From Chiloscyllium plagiosum (taxonomy: Eukaryota), in assembly GCF_004010195.1 (NCBI RefSeq), contig NC_057718.1:67534408-67598407 (forward strand): a DNA stretch of 64,000 bases. Reading direction: 5' to 3'. Below the pieces are notes generated by a model. The model ran no database searches. It worked only from the letters and a program-made list of their open reading frames with translations, and was not told the DNA's origin. Position 1 is the first letter of the stretch, and the number at the start of each line of letters is the position of its first letter. This document shows positions 53,691 to 64,000 of the stretch, in pieces. A program made the translations under genes and the position numbers.

Positions 53691-55067
53691 CAAATGGTTG
53701 AGAAAGACAAAAACAGGTGGAGGATAAAGTAAATATTTTTAGTTCAGAGAAATTAGCTGATTTAAAAGAGGAAGATGAATAATTGAAGCAATTGTATCAA
53801 AAGGCATATACAGAAAAAGAATCTGAATATATCTCAAAATATTACTATCTTAAAAATTATCTCTTGGTGAGGAAATGAAGACCATCACATATTCAGTCAG
53901 ATGAGAAACGGTTCATCAAGTTGTATTAGCAGTGGGTTATAGAAAGGAAGTGTTGTTGGTAGCACATTAATTACCAGTAGGGGGTCATTTAGGAGTAAGG
54001 AAAACTCAAGCCAAAATTCAAAAATATTTCCACTGGCTTGGAATGCAGAAGGATGTTGTTGAAGTTTGCCAACATGCCTTATATGGCAGATAATTGGAAA
54101 GCCTTTGGCTGTGATAAAATCAACACCTTTAATACCCATTCTGGCATTTGAAGAACCAAGTTCAGAGGATTTTGAATTGGACATTCCTCAAATTAAATTG
54201 GACAATTAGGAAGTTCTCAGAAATTGATATAAAATATTAGGTACCTTCCAGAGGAAAATTGAAATGACATGTGGAGTTATTATTATCTCATTAGGAGATA
54301 TGTGCGAATAAGCTTGGAATTAATAATCTAATTATGCATGATGTATATACAGGAAATGCTATTGCAATTAAGAAACATCCTTATAGGTTTAACCCTCTAA
54401 AATTCGCACAGGTTCAAAAAAAATTGAATGCATGCTCAAAGACAACATAATGAAAGTAAGTTGCAGCGATTGGAGCTCACCCATAGTAATAGTGTCAAAA
54501 CCAATGATTATGTGTGGACTATCGTAAAGTCAATGCAGCTACAATGTCTGATTCATATTCTATTCCATGTTAGGAAGACTGTGTTAAGAAGGTGGGACAG
54601 GCAACTTATATTTCTAAGTTGGACTTAATCAAGGGATACTGGCAGGTACCTTCATCTGGTAAAGTGAAGGCAACTTTGGCTTTTGTGACACTGAATGAAC
54701 TATACCAATTTAAAGTCATGTTATTTAGGATGAGAAACGTGCCAGCCACATTTCAAAGGTTAACCAATAAAGTCATTTCTGAATTAATCAATTATCTGGT
54801 ATACATTGATGACCTAATGTTATTTAGTCATACATGGAAGGAACATTGGCAGCATTTATTAGAATTGTTCAATTGACTTCAAGGGGCTTGCTTGGTGATC
54901 AACCTGGCTAAGAATGAATTCGCAAAAGCCCAAGTCATGTTCCTGGGCCATGTTCTCGGACATAGACAGATGGCCCCACAGAATATGAAAATAAAGATTA
55001 CTGGGGAGTTTACCATACCATCAACGAAGTGGCAGTACTACAATTCCTGGGATTGAGTGGGTTTTAT

Positions 55068-56412
55068 CAGATTGAGTTTAAGAGCCGCAAGGTTATACTG
55101 AAGCTCTATTGAGCCCTGGTTAGACCACACTTGAAAGATTGTGTTCAGTTCTGGCTGCCTCAATATAGGAAGAATGTGGAAGCTTTAGAAAGAGTGTAGA
55201 GGAGATTTACCAAGATTTTGCCTGGACTAGAGAGCATGTCTTATAAAACCATAAGAGATAGGATTGGAAGTAAGGCCATTCAGCCCATCGAGTCCACACT
55301 GCCATTCAATCATGGCTGATGGGCATTTCAATGCTATTTACCTGCACTCTTCCTGTATCCCTTAATTCCTTGCGAGATAAGAATTTATAAATCTCTGCCT
55401 TGAAGACATTTAACGTCCCGGCCTCCACTGTGCTCCATAGCAAAGAATTCCACAGGCCCACAACTCTCTGGCTGAAGAAATGCCTCCTCTTTTCCATTCT
55501 ATATTGACCCCCTCTAATTCTCAGGCTGTGCCCACAGGTCCTCACCTTTTGGAAACAATTTCTCAGCGTCCACCCTTTCTAAGCCATGCATTATCTTGTA
55601 AGTTTCTATTAGGTCTCCCCTCAATCTTCTAAACTCTAATGAATACAATCTCAGAATCCTCAGCCATTCATCGTATGATAGGCCTACCATTCCAGGGATC
55701 ATCCCTGTGAATCTCTCTGGACACTCTCCAGTGCCAGTATATCCTTCCTGAGGTGTGGGGCCCAAAACATGACACACTATTCTAAATGGGGCCTAACCAG
55801 AGCTTTATAAATTCTCAGTAACACATCACTGCTTTTACATTCCAACCCTCTTGAGATAAATGACAACATTACATTTGCTTTCTTAACCATGGACTCAACC
55901 TGCAAGTCAACCTTTAAAGAATCATGTACTAGCACTCCGAGATCCCTTTGTACTTTGGCTTTATGAATTTTCTCACCGTTTAGAAAATAGTCCATGCCTT
56001 ATGAAAAAAGATTGAGGCAGCTAAGGCTTTTCTCATTCAAGTGAAGAAGGGTGAGAGGTGACTTGACAGAGGTGTACAAGATGATGAAAGCCATAGAAAG
56101 ATTGAATAGTCAGAGACTTTTTCCCAGGGCAGAAATGGCTATCACAAGAGGGCATAACTTTAAGGTGTTTCCAGAAAGGAACTGTCAGAGGTTTACGCAG
56201 AGAGTGGTGGGTGTATGGAATGCACAGCCAGTGGTGGTAGTAGAGTCAGATACATTAGGGACATTTAAGTGATTTTTGGATTTGCACATGGATGATACTA
56301 AAATGAAGCGTATGTAGGTTAGTTTGATCTTAGATTAGGACAAAAGATCAGAACAACATCAAGGGCCAAAGGGCCTGTACTGTGCTGTACTTTTCTATGT
56401 TCTATGTTCTAA
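55068..56412 (+). mobile_element. CR1 3' fragment nested in Gypsy RT, itself split by an inverted CR1
   Basis: Starts IEFKSRKVILKLY; resumes ~56000 (RGDLTEVYKMMK); ttctatg tail. Confidence 0.9.
55248..55999 (-). mobile_element. CR1 3' fragment (third nesting level)
   Basis: ORFs 55777-55995, 55514-55777 and 55306-55545. Confidence 0.92.
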
Positions 56413-56959
56413 GTTCGCACCAAATTTTAGCAGTGTGGTTATTTCACTGACTGACTGACTGAAGAAGTGCAGAAAATTTCAGAGGATGGTGGACTGTCAG
56501 AAGGCATTTGACAGCTTGAAAGCTGTGTTAACCACCAACCCAGTGTTAGCCACACCTAATTATGCAAAGCCACTGAAGATGGCCATTGATGCGTGTGTCA
56601 GTGCTGGACTCTAACAAGAAGATGATGAGAAAATTGAAGGATCTATTGGTTATTTCTCCAGAAAATTGAATATTCTTCAACAGAAATATTCCACAATTGA
56701 GAAGGAAACTTTGAGCTTGGTGTTTGCATTATAAAATTTCAACGCTTATATGCCAGTAATGTATCTCAGACAATTGTATATTCAGATCATCACCCATTAA
56801 GGTTTTTGGAGAAAATTACAGACAAAAATTCTAGACTGTTTAGATTGAACTTATTATTGCAACCATTCAATTTAAAAAGTGTACTTGTGGCAGGATGAGA
56901 AAATGTAATTGCCAATGCATTGTCATGACTTTGATAAAGAAAGACAGAGGCATTCGATG

Positions 56960-58750
56960 GTGTGAGTGAAAGTTGAAAATGATGCTGGAGAAGTAGTAAT
57001 AGGGAACAAAGAAATGGCTAAGGAACTGAACAAGTACTTTGCATCAGTCTTCACAGAGTCAGGGGCAAAGGTCAGTATGGTGGCCATCACCAAGGAGAAA
57101 GTGCTAGAAGAACTGAATGGCCTAAAGGTGGATAAATTACTTGCACCAGATGGACAATTTCCCAGCTATCTGAAAGAGACACCTAGAGAGATAGTGGAGG
57201 CGGTTAGTAGTAACCTTTCAGAAATGACTGGAGCCAAGGAGGGTCCCAGAGGACAGGAAAATCCCTAATGTAACCCAACTATTTAAGAAGGAAGTATGGC
57301 AAAAGACTGGAAATTACAGGCTGATTAGCCTGACCTTGGTCATTGGTAAAATTTTGGAGTCCATTGTGAAGGATGAGATTTCTGAATATTTGGAAGTGCA
57401 TGGTAAAATAGGGCAAAGTCAGCATAGTTTCATTGTTGGGGGGTCATGCTTGAAAAATCTGTTAGTATTCTTTGAGGCGGTAACAAGCAGGTTAGACCAA
57501 GGGAAGCCAATGGGTTTTGTCTACCTGGACATCCAGAATGCCTTTGACAAGATGCCACACATGAGGCTACTGAGTAAAATAAGAAACCATAGTGTTAAAG
57601 GCAAGGTGCTAGCACAGATAGAAGATTGGCCATCTGGCAGAAAGCAGAAACTGGGGATAAAAGGGTTTCTCCCAGAATGACAGCCGGTGATTAGTGGTGT
57701 TCCACAAGAATCAGTGTTGGGACCACAACATTTCACTTTATATAACAGTGATCAAGATGAAGGAATTGAGAGCATTCTGGCTATATTTGCAGATGATATA
57801 GGTGGAGAGGCTGTTAGCATTGAGGAGTTGGGAGGCTGCAGAAGAATTTAGACAGACTAGGAGAGTGGGCAAAGAAGTGGCAGATGAAATATAATGTGGG
57901 AAAATGTGAGGTCATGCACTTTGATAAGAAGAACAGAGGCATAGACTATTTTCTAAATGGGGAGAAAATTTGGAACTTTGAAGTGCCAAAGGTACTTGGG
58001 AGTCCCAGTCCAGGATTCTCTCAAGGTAAACTTGCAGACTGAGTCGGCAGTTTGGAAGGCAAATATAATGTTGGCATTTAATTCACGAGGACTGGAATAT
58101 AAACGCAAGAATGTATTTCTGAGGTTTATAAAACTCTGGTCAGATCACATCAAGTCCACAGCATTTCTGACAATGAATTCCACAGATACACCACTCTCTG
58201 GCTAAAGAAATTTCTTCTTATTTCCATTCTAAAGGGTCTTCCCATACCTCAGGAAGGATGTGCTGGCCCTGGTGCGGGTTCAGAGGAAGTTCACGAGAAT
58301 GATCCCAGGAATGAAAGGCTTAACATGTGAGGAATGTTTGAAGACTCTGAGTCGATACTCATGGAGTCGAAGGATGAGGGGGGATCTAATTGAAACTTAC
58401 AGAATACTGAGTAGCCTGGACAGATGGATGTTAGGAAGATGGGAGGAGAGACTAGGACCCAAGTGCACAGCCTAAGAGTAAAGGGAAGACCCTTTAGAAT
58501 GGAAATAAGAAGAAATTTCTTTAGCCAGAGAGTGGTGTATCTATGGAATTCATTGTCAGAAATGCTGTGAAGGCCAGGTCATTGAGTATATTTAAGACAG
58601 AAATGGATGGGTTCTTGATTGTCAAGAGGATCAAGGGTTATGGGAGAAAGCAGGAGAATGGGGTTGAGAAACTTATCAGCCATGATTGAATGGTGGAGCA
58701 GACTTGATGGGCCAAATGGCTGAATTTTTGCTCCAATGTCTTATGGTTGT
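56960..58750 (+). mobile_element. CR1 RT nested in Gypsy B 3' region
   Basis: ORFs 56966-57268, 57336-57680 (VYLDIQNAFDK) and 58260-58475. Confidence 0.9.
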
Positions 58751-58932
58751 ATAGATTGAAATAGAATTTAGTAGTAAATGTTTGCATAGAGTCATAGTGA
58801 CGTACAGCAAGGAAATAGACTCTCCTGTAGGTCAATGTAATGTATATGTATTGTAAAGTACTTGTAGAGTAAGACTAAGGGTTTTATAAACGAAGCCATC
58901 TTTGTTTATGGATTTTTTTTAAGGAGGGTATG

Positions 58933-59562
58933 TGTGACGATGCTGTACTTTAAAGAGGTTATTTTGTCCTGCTTTTTTTTTGAAGGGAGGTTGTGAAGGC
59001 AGAGGTGGTAAACTGGCTAGTGAAGACAACTTAAGTAAACAGCTTAGGAGGTCTTAAGGGTTTATTTTAAAAGTTGTAACAATAGAAGCAGCTTGAATGG
59101 GAGAGGCCAGGTCTCACAGGCCATGCTTTCTAGTTTTTTTTTTAGCTTTAGTAACTAGAAACTATTTGGGGTCTCAGAAGAGTTAGAAGATTTAGTGGAT
59201 AATTCCTAGCTTCTACTTTCTCTGGAATCTCTCTTGATGTTGTTTTCCTACTGAATTAGAGAACTGCATGTAAGAATCTGCCAAGGGGTGTGTTTATGGG
59301 ATGTAACTATATTTGAACAGTTAATTAGTAATAATAGGTACTGTATGTTTTCTCGGTTAAGTTTTTCAATAGTTAAGTTATTCTAAATTCCTCTTTCTTT
59401 TGTTTGTATTTTAACTGTGGTGTTTAAATAACTGTTGAGTAGTTTGACCAGTAGCTTCACATCTGGAACATGCACTTTATGTCTCCCATTTAAATAAGAA
59501 AAAGTTAGGGGCTGGTCTACCTTCTTAAAATATTTAGATGGAATCTGGTCTGGTCCAAAACA
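58933..59562 (+). repeat. 3' LTR of element B
   Basis: Preceded by T-run and aaggaggg PPT; tgtgacgatg...ccaaaaca. Confidence 0.9.
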
Positions 59563-59943
59563 AACATCTTACAGCAGTATCATTGAAGAAATCTCAGTCT
59601 ACCAAATCATACTTTCATTAGAACACATACACTTACTTTCGTGACTCAATGACCTGAACCAGATATGACAGAGATCATATGGGTTTTTGGTCATCCATCT
59701 CATTTAGAATTTGGCAGCCAGGTGATTATTTATGTGTTATCTGAAATCACCCTTCATTTGAAGAGAATTAAACAAAAGCTTTTGGCAGTGAGCTCTTCGC
59801 TCAAAATTAAAGGAATACTAAGAGCCATTTAGACATACAGAGATCAATATTGACTGTATGTTATCAAAATCTAACACTGTTCACAGTTTTGAGCAGAAAA
59901 ACATACACTGCTGTTAACATTCTACACCTTGAAGAATTTCAAC

Positions 59944-60163
59944 CAGAGTCAAAAGCGTGGTGCTGGAAAAGCACAGCCGGTCAGGTAGTGCCTGAGGAGC
60001 AGAAGACCTGGCATTTCGAGCATAAACTCTTCATTATGACGAAGAGCTTTTGCTCGAACCGTCGACCCTCCTGCTCCTCGGATGCTGTCTGACCAGTTCT
60101 GCATTTCCAGCACTACATTTTTCGACTCTGATCTCCAACATTTGCAGTCCTCACTTACTCTTA
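59944..60163. mobile_element. Fold-back PLE-derived short element with 13-bp TSD
   Basis: TSD gaagaatttcaac at 59931-59943 and 60164-60176. Confidence 0.88.
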
Positions 60164-61540
60164 GAAGAATTTCAACAAGCTCAGAACCCAGGTACTCATG
60201 GTCAATGTAACTGCATTTCATATGAGGAAAACATCATTGATCTTAGAAGAATGTTAACTGAACACAAGAAAAAATGTGTGGGAATCAAGGTTATGTTGGT
60301 ATACATCAACTCTTTATGACTGAGAATCATAAGGGACTAATGATTTCATGGGTCTTGAAGAATTGTTCAATTGTTTTTCCACTGCAAATGATTCTTCAAA
60401 ATTTGGTCATCGGACATCTCTGACACCAAGACCACTAGGAGTTAGTAGTAGATTCTTGGTACAGTCAAGCCTTCTGTTAAGAAGAAGCTGTACCAAAGCA
60501 ACAGCAACAACTTTGCTGTCTATGATTGAATCAGATTAAATGACAATGGTATCCAAACAAATATGTACAAGAATAGAAGGATCACATGTGAGTTTACATG
60601 CTATAAAGTCAAAAGGAGAAGATTACTTATTTCAAAAACACAGCAATATTTCCTGTCACGATTTGAGAATAAGATCCTCTGAAGGAGACAAATATTCAAC
60701 AATAACATCAACACAGAACATGTCTTCAATAAAGGGCATTTGGGAAATCAAAGATCCATCAAGGTTCCAGTATAGCAACAAACTAGTATTGAATATTTTG
60801 TCGTCAAGTGATAGATTTCCAACATCCATGAAGTCAGAGACTTAGATGAAATAGAGCTAAGCTAATACGAAACAATTGTATAAAAGATTTGATAAACAGA
60901 ATATGCTGCTTGGGGTAGATATTATAAAGGCAGTAGTACCTGAGAGGCTAACTGGCATCCCAAGATAAGTGCCTCAGATTAGGGTATAAAGGATTATTTC
61001 TGGGAAGATTTAACCGGTGTTCCAGTTTATGTGTTAAGTTATATGTAGCTAAATAATAATGTGTACTTGAGCTTAAGGCTTACAAAACTCATGTAACTCA
61101 GATTTCATATAAATAACATTTAAGTACTATATAATAAACACACTCTATTCAACAAAACTAAGCCTCTCATCTGCCAAAGACTCCATCTGCATATCAGTAA
61201 ATTATATGAATAGCAACAAGGATAGTGAATATACCTAAAAGAGCTCAGATGGACATGACCATGATATTAGCTGCATCTCTCACCTTGACAGGATCCCAGA
61301 TGAAGTCCTTTTTGCTGTCAGTACTTTTTAAAAATTCTTTCGTGGGATAGATATTGCTGACAAGGCTAGCATTTGTTGTTCATTCTTAATTACCTCTTGA
61401 ACTAAGTGAATTGTTAGGCAATTTCAGAAGTGTCACAACTCCCTGGAGTAGCACACTGAGTATTAAGCCTTGGTATTCTTGAATTTTTCCACAAAAGTTA
61501 AAGATTTTGAAATAAGTACATTATATTCCCCAAATTATCT

Positions 61541-61606
61541 GATTTTTCAGATCCACACTGACAGAAAACTTAGATAAATTTTCTGTCAGTGTGGATCTGA
61601 AAAATC
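61541..61606. repeat. Perfect 28-bp inverted repeat with 10-nt spacer
   Basis: gatttttcagatccacactgacagaaaa / ttttctgtcagtgtggatctgaaaaatc. Confidence 0.95.
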
Positions 61607-61696
61607 TGAAAACGTAGATAAGTTTTCTGTGCTGAAAAGAATGACTATTTATTACACTTAAAATCTAGCTAACCAGCTTAACAGTAAGAAACCATC

Positions 61697-62095
61697 GACA
61701 TGGATAGGCTAGGATATTTTTCACTGGGGCATGGGAGGTTGAGGGGTTATCTTGTAGAGGTTTATAAAATCATGAGGGATATAGATAAGGTGAATGGCAG
61801 GTGTCTATTCCCTAAGACGGGGAATTTCAAGACAATGGGGCATATTTTTAAGGTGAAAGAAGCAAGTTTTAAAGAAGGCATGAGGGAATTTTGTTTTACA
61901 CGTAGAGTGGTTTGTGTGTGGAATGAACTTCCAGAAGAAGTAGTGGATTTGGATACAGTTGCAATGTTTATAAGATATTTGCATAAGTACTTGAATAAGA
62001 AATGTTTGGAGGGATATGGACCAAGCATAGGCATGTGGGACTAGTTTCGTTTGGGATTATGGTTGGTAAGGACTGATTGGACTTAATGACTCTAT
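61697..62095 (+). mobile_element. CR1 3' fragment
   Basis: ORF 61700-62044. Confidence 0.9.
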
Positions 62096-62124
62096 ATAAT
62101 TCTATTAATTAAAATTCTAATTAC

Positions 62125-62318
62125 CTTCAGACAGGGAAAAACACATGGATGGAGGGGGAAAGTACTGGAGAGACAATTCAATAGTCTTTGCTCCTAAGTT
62201 CTGCTGAGTTGGTTCTTGCTGATTCGAACGTTTTTTCCTGACTTCCATTTTTCAGCAATTCTACTAGTTCGCGAGAGGCACAGGGTGTTGGTTCCCTTTT
62301 AAGATACTTGTGATCTAT
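62125..62318 (-). CDS. Probable penultimate coding exon of an unidentified host gene
   Basis: Acceptor gatttttaatag|, donor GAAG|gtaatt; phase-0 frame IDHKYLKREPTPCASRELVELLKNGSQEKTFESARTNSAELRSKDY*; no repeat resemblance; retains CpGs. Confidence 0.6.
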
Positions 62319-62629
62319 CTATTAAAAATCACAGCTTACAGCAATTGCTAAAGGTAATATTATTTTTTTCTGGTTTGAAGTGAGTTTTAGTTGCAAAGAA
62401 CAGACAAACCTTTCAGTGATTTTAAATGTTACTGTCCAATCTACATATAACCTGGTCACTTGAATATGTTGTATCAATCTGGATTGTAATTAAAGGTGGA
62501 CCTTGAATTGGCACATGGAACTTGTAGAGTGCTTGTACAGTTCAAAATGTCAGACTTCAGCAGTATTGTTTAGACTATAAATTTTGAGGAAAGGATATAT
62601 AGAGTTTTAGGAATGTTCTCTTTGCCCAG

Positions 62630-63440
62630 TGGAGTGTTCTGAGATTGTTGACTGAGCTGGTAAGTTTGTTTGCAGATATTTCATCACCAAACTAGGTAAT
62701 ATCATAAGTGCGCCTCCAGTGAAGCATTGGTGTTCTGTCCTGCGTGCTATTTATGTGTCCTGGTTTGCTGAGGTGGGTGGTATCATTTCCAGTTTTGTTT
62801 CTTAGTGGTTGGTATATGGGGTCCAACTCTACATGTTCGTTAATGGTGTTCTAGGTTGAGTGCAAGGCCTCCAGGAATCCCCTAACATAGCTTTGTTTGG
62901 CCTGTCCTAGGATGGATATGTTGTCCCAGTCGAATTGGTGTCCTTCTTTATCTATGTGTATGGACATAAGTGATTATTGACCATGTCTCTTGGTGGCTAT
63001 GTAAAGACTGCCAGAAACATTACATAGGGCAAACCAGAAGAAAACTAACCATCAGGGTACACGAACACCAATTGGACACTAAGAGATATGATCTACTATC
63101 ACTTATTTCCAAATACACAGATGAGGATGGACACCAATTCAAATAAAGACATGTACAGGAATTCCTGGAGGCCTGGCACACAACCCGGAGCTTCATTAAC
63201 AAAAATATAGAGTTATACCCCATATACCAACTCCAAAGAAACAAAACTGGAAATGATACCCACCTCAGCAAACTGGGACACATAAATAGCAAGCGGGACA
63301 GAACACCAATGTTTCATCGGAGGTGCACTGATGATGTTACCTAGAATGGTGATGAAACAACTGCAAATTAGCTTACCAACTCAGCAAGCAAATCAACAAC
63401 CTCATCCACAACCTGAGCTACAAATCTTTCCAAGAACTTC
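62630..63440 (+). mobile_element. Penelope-like element 3' end with inverted upstream copy
   Basis: 63000-63140 CKDCQKHYIGQTRRKLTIRVHEHQL; EFLEAWH..FINKNIELYPIYQ; 62630-62995 is the inverted counterpart. Confidence 0.9.
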
Positions 63441-63452
63441 AAAGTTTCTGGG

Positions 63453-63788
63453 TCATAGAGTCACAGAGATGTACAGCACGGAAACAGACCCTTCGGTCCA
63501 ACCTGTCCATGCCGAGCAGATAGCCTAACCTAACCTAGTCCCATTTACCAGCACTTGGCCCATATCCCTCCAGCCCCTTCCTATTCATATTCCCATCCAG
63601 ATGCCTTTTAAATGCTTTAATTGTACCAGCCTCCACCACTTCCTCTGGCAGCTCATTCCATACACGGATCACCCTCTGCGTGAAAAGGTTGCCCTTTAGG
63701 TTCCTTTTAAATTTTTCCCCTCTCATCCTGAACTTATACTCTCTAGTTTTGGACTCCCCCACTCCAGGGAAAACATCTTGTCTATTTA
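63453..63788 (-). mobile_element. CR1 3' end
   Basis: ORF 63535-63834. Confidence 0.92.
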
Positions 63789-64000
63789 GAGCTGAAAATG
63801 TGTTGCTGGAAAAGCGCAGCAGGTCAGGCAGCATCCAAGGAGCAGGAGAATTGACGTTTCGGGCATGAGCCCTTCTTCAGGAAGAAGCCCTTCCTGAAGA
63901 AGGGCTCATGCCCGAAACGTCGATTCTCCTGCTTCTTGGATGCTGCCTGACCCGCTGCGCTTTTCCAGCAACACATTTTCAGCTCTGATCTCCAGCATCT
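63789..64000. mobile_element. Young fold-back PLE-derived element inserted in CR1
   Basis: ~95-bp near-perfect inverted arms 63789-63883 / 63891-63985. Confidence 0.9.
63890..63925 (+). ncRNA. Minimal type I hammerhead ribozyme motif with intact core
   Basis: TC-CTGAAGA-A-GGGC-TCAT-GCCC-GAAACGTC-GA: CUGANGA and GAAA core, 4-bp stem II, palindromic ACGT stem III, GUC triplet. Confidence 0.75.

Larger units (their letters stand above)
47917..59562 (+). mobile_element. Gmr1-like Gypsy provirus B with both LTRs, AACA TSD and nested insertions
   Basis: TSD aaca at 47913-47916 and 59563-59566; gag 48.7-49.4 and 52.3-52.8 kb, PR ~52.9-53.3 kb, partial IN 53.8-54.15 kb, RT 54.3-55.07 kb (YIDDL), RNase H 56.4-56.9 kb. 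Confidence 0.95.

Noticed and set aside
59700..60850. ORFs 60348-60539 and 60540-60845 as host coding sequence
   Set aside because: No splice signals or recognisable product; may be a very old Gypsy pol remnant but too degraded to support
61284..61315. Possible minus-strand micro-exon with AAG|gtgag donor
   Set aside because: No convincing polypyrimidine acceptor upstream

Overview
Repeat-dense vertebrate genomic DNA, very probably from a cartilaginous fish (inferred from HE1-type SINEs and shark-type CR1 and Penelope families). Most of the window is decayed transposons: many CR1 LINE fragments, HE1 SINEs, RTE and Tx1-like LINE remnants, Penelope-like elements (PLEs), hAT, Harbinger and Tigger-like DNA transposon remnants, and two Gmr1-like Gypsy proviruses with the order gag-PR-IN-RT-RH (3.5-12.0 kb minus; 47.9-59.6 kb plus with an intact AACA TSD), both with nested insertions. 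No intact transposon ORF was found. Likely host-derived features: the probable last two exons of an unidentified minus-strand gene (62318-62125 and 47688-~46905), a 5'-truncated ferritin processed pseudogene (~26.9-27.1 kb) and a possible small plus-strand exon (29251-29327). Most notable: (i) minimal hammerhead-ribozyme motifs in two PLE families, including ~200-bp fold-back units with 13-17 bp TSDs; (ii) a stack of poly(A)-tailed Tx1-like insertions all landing on the same CCTG|T motif inside an LTR-like sequence; (iii) a host exon where a single-base indel in an A5 run would join two frames into a protein with an RKKR site and a hydrophobic GPI/TM-like tail. All family names are from manual reading, with no database searches; repeat boundaries are approximate.
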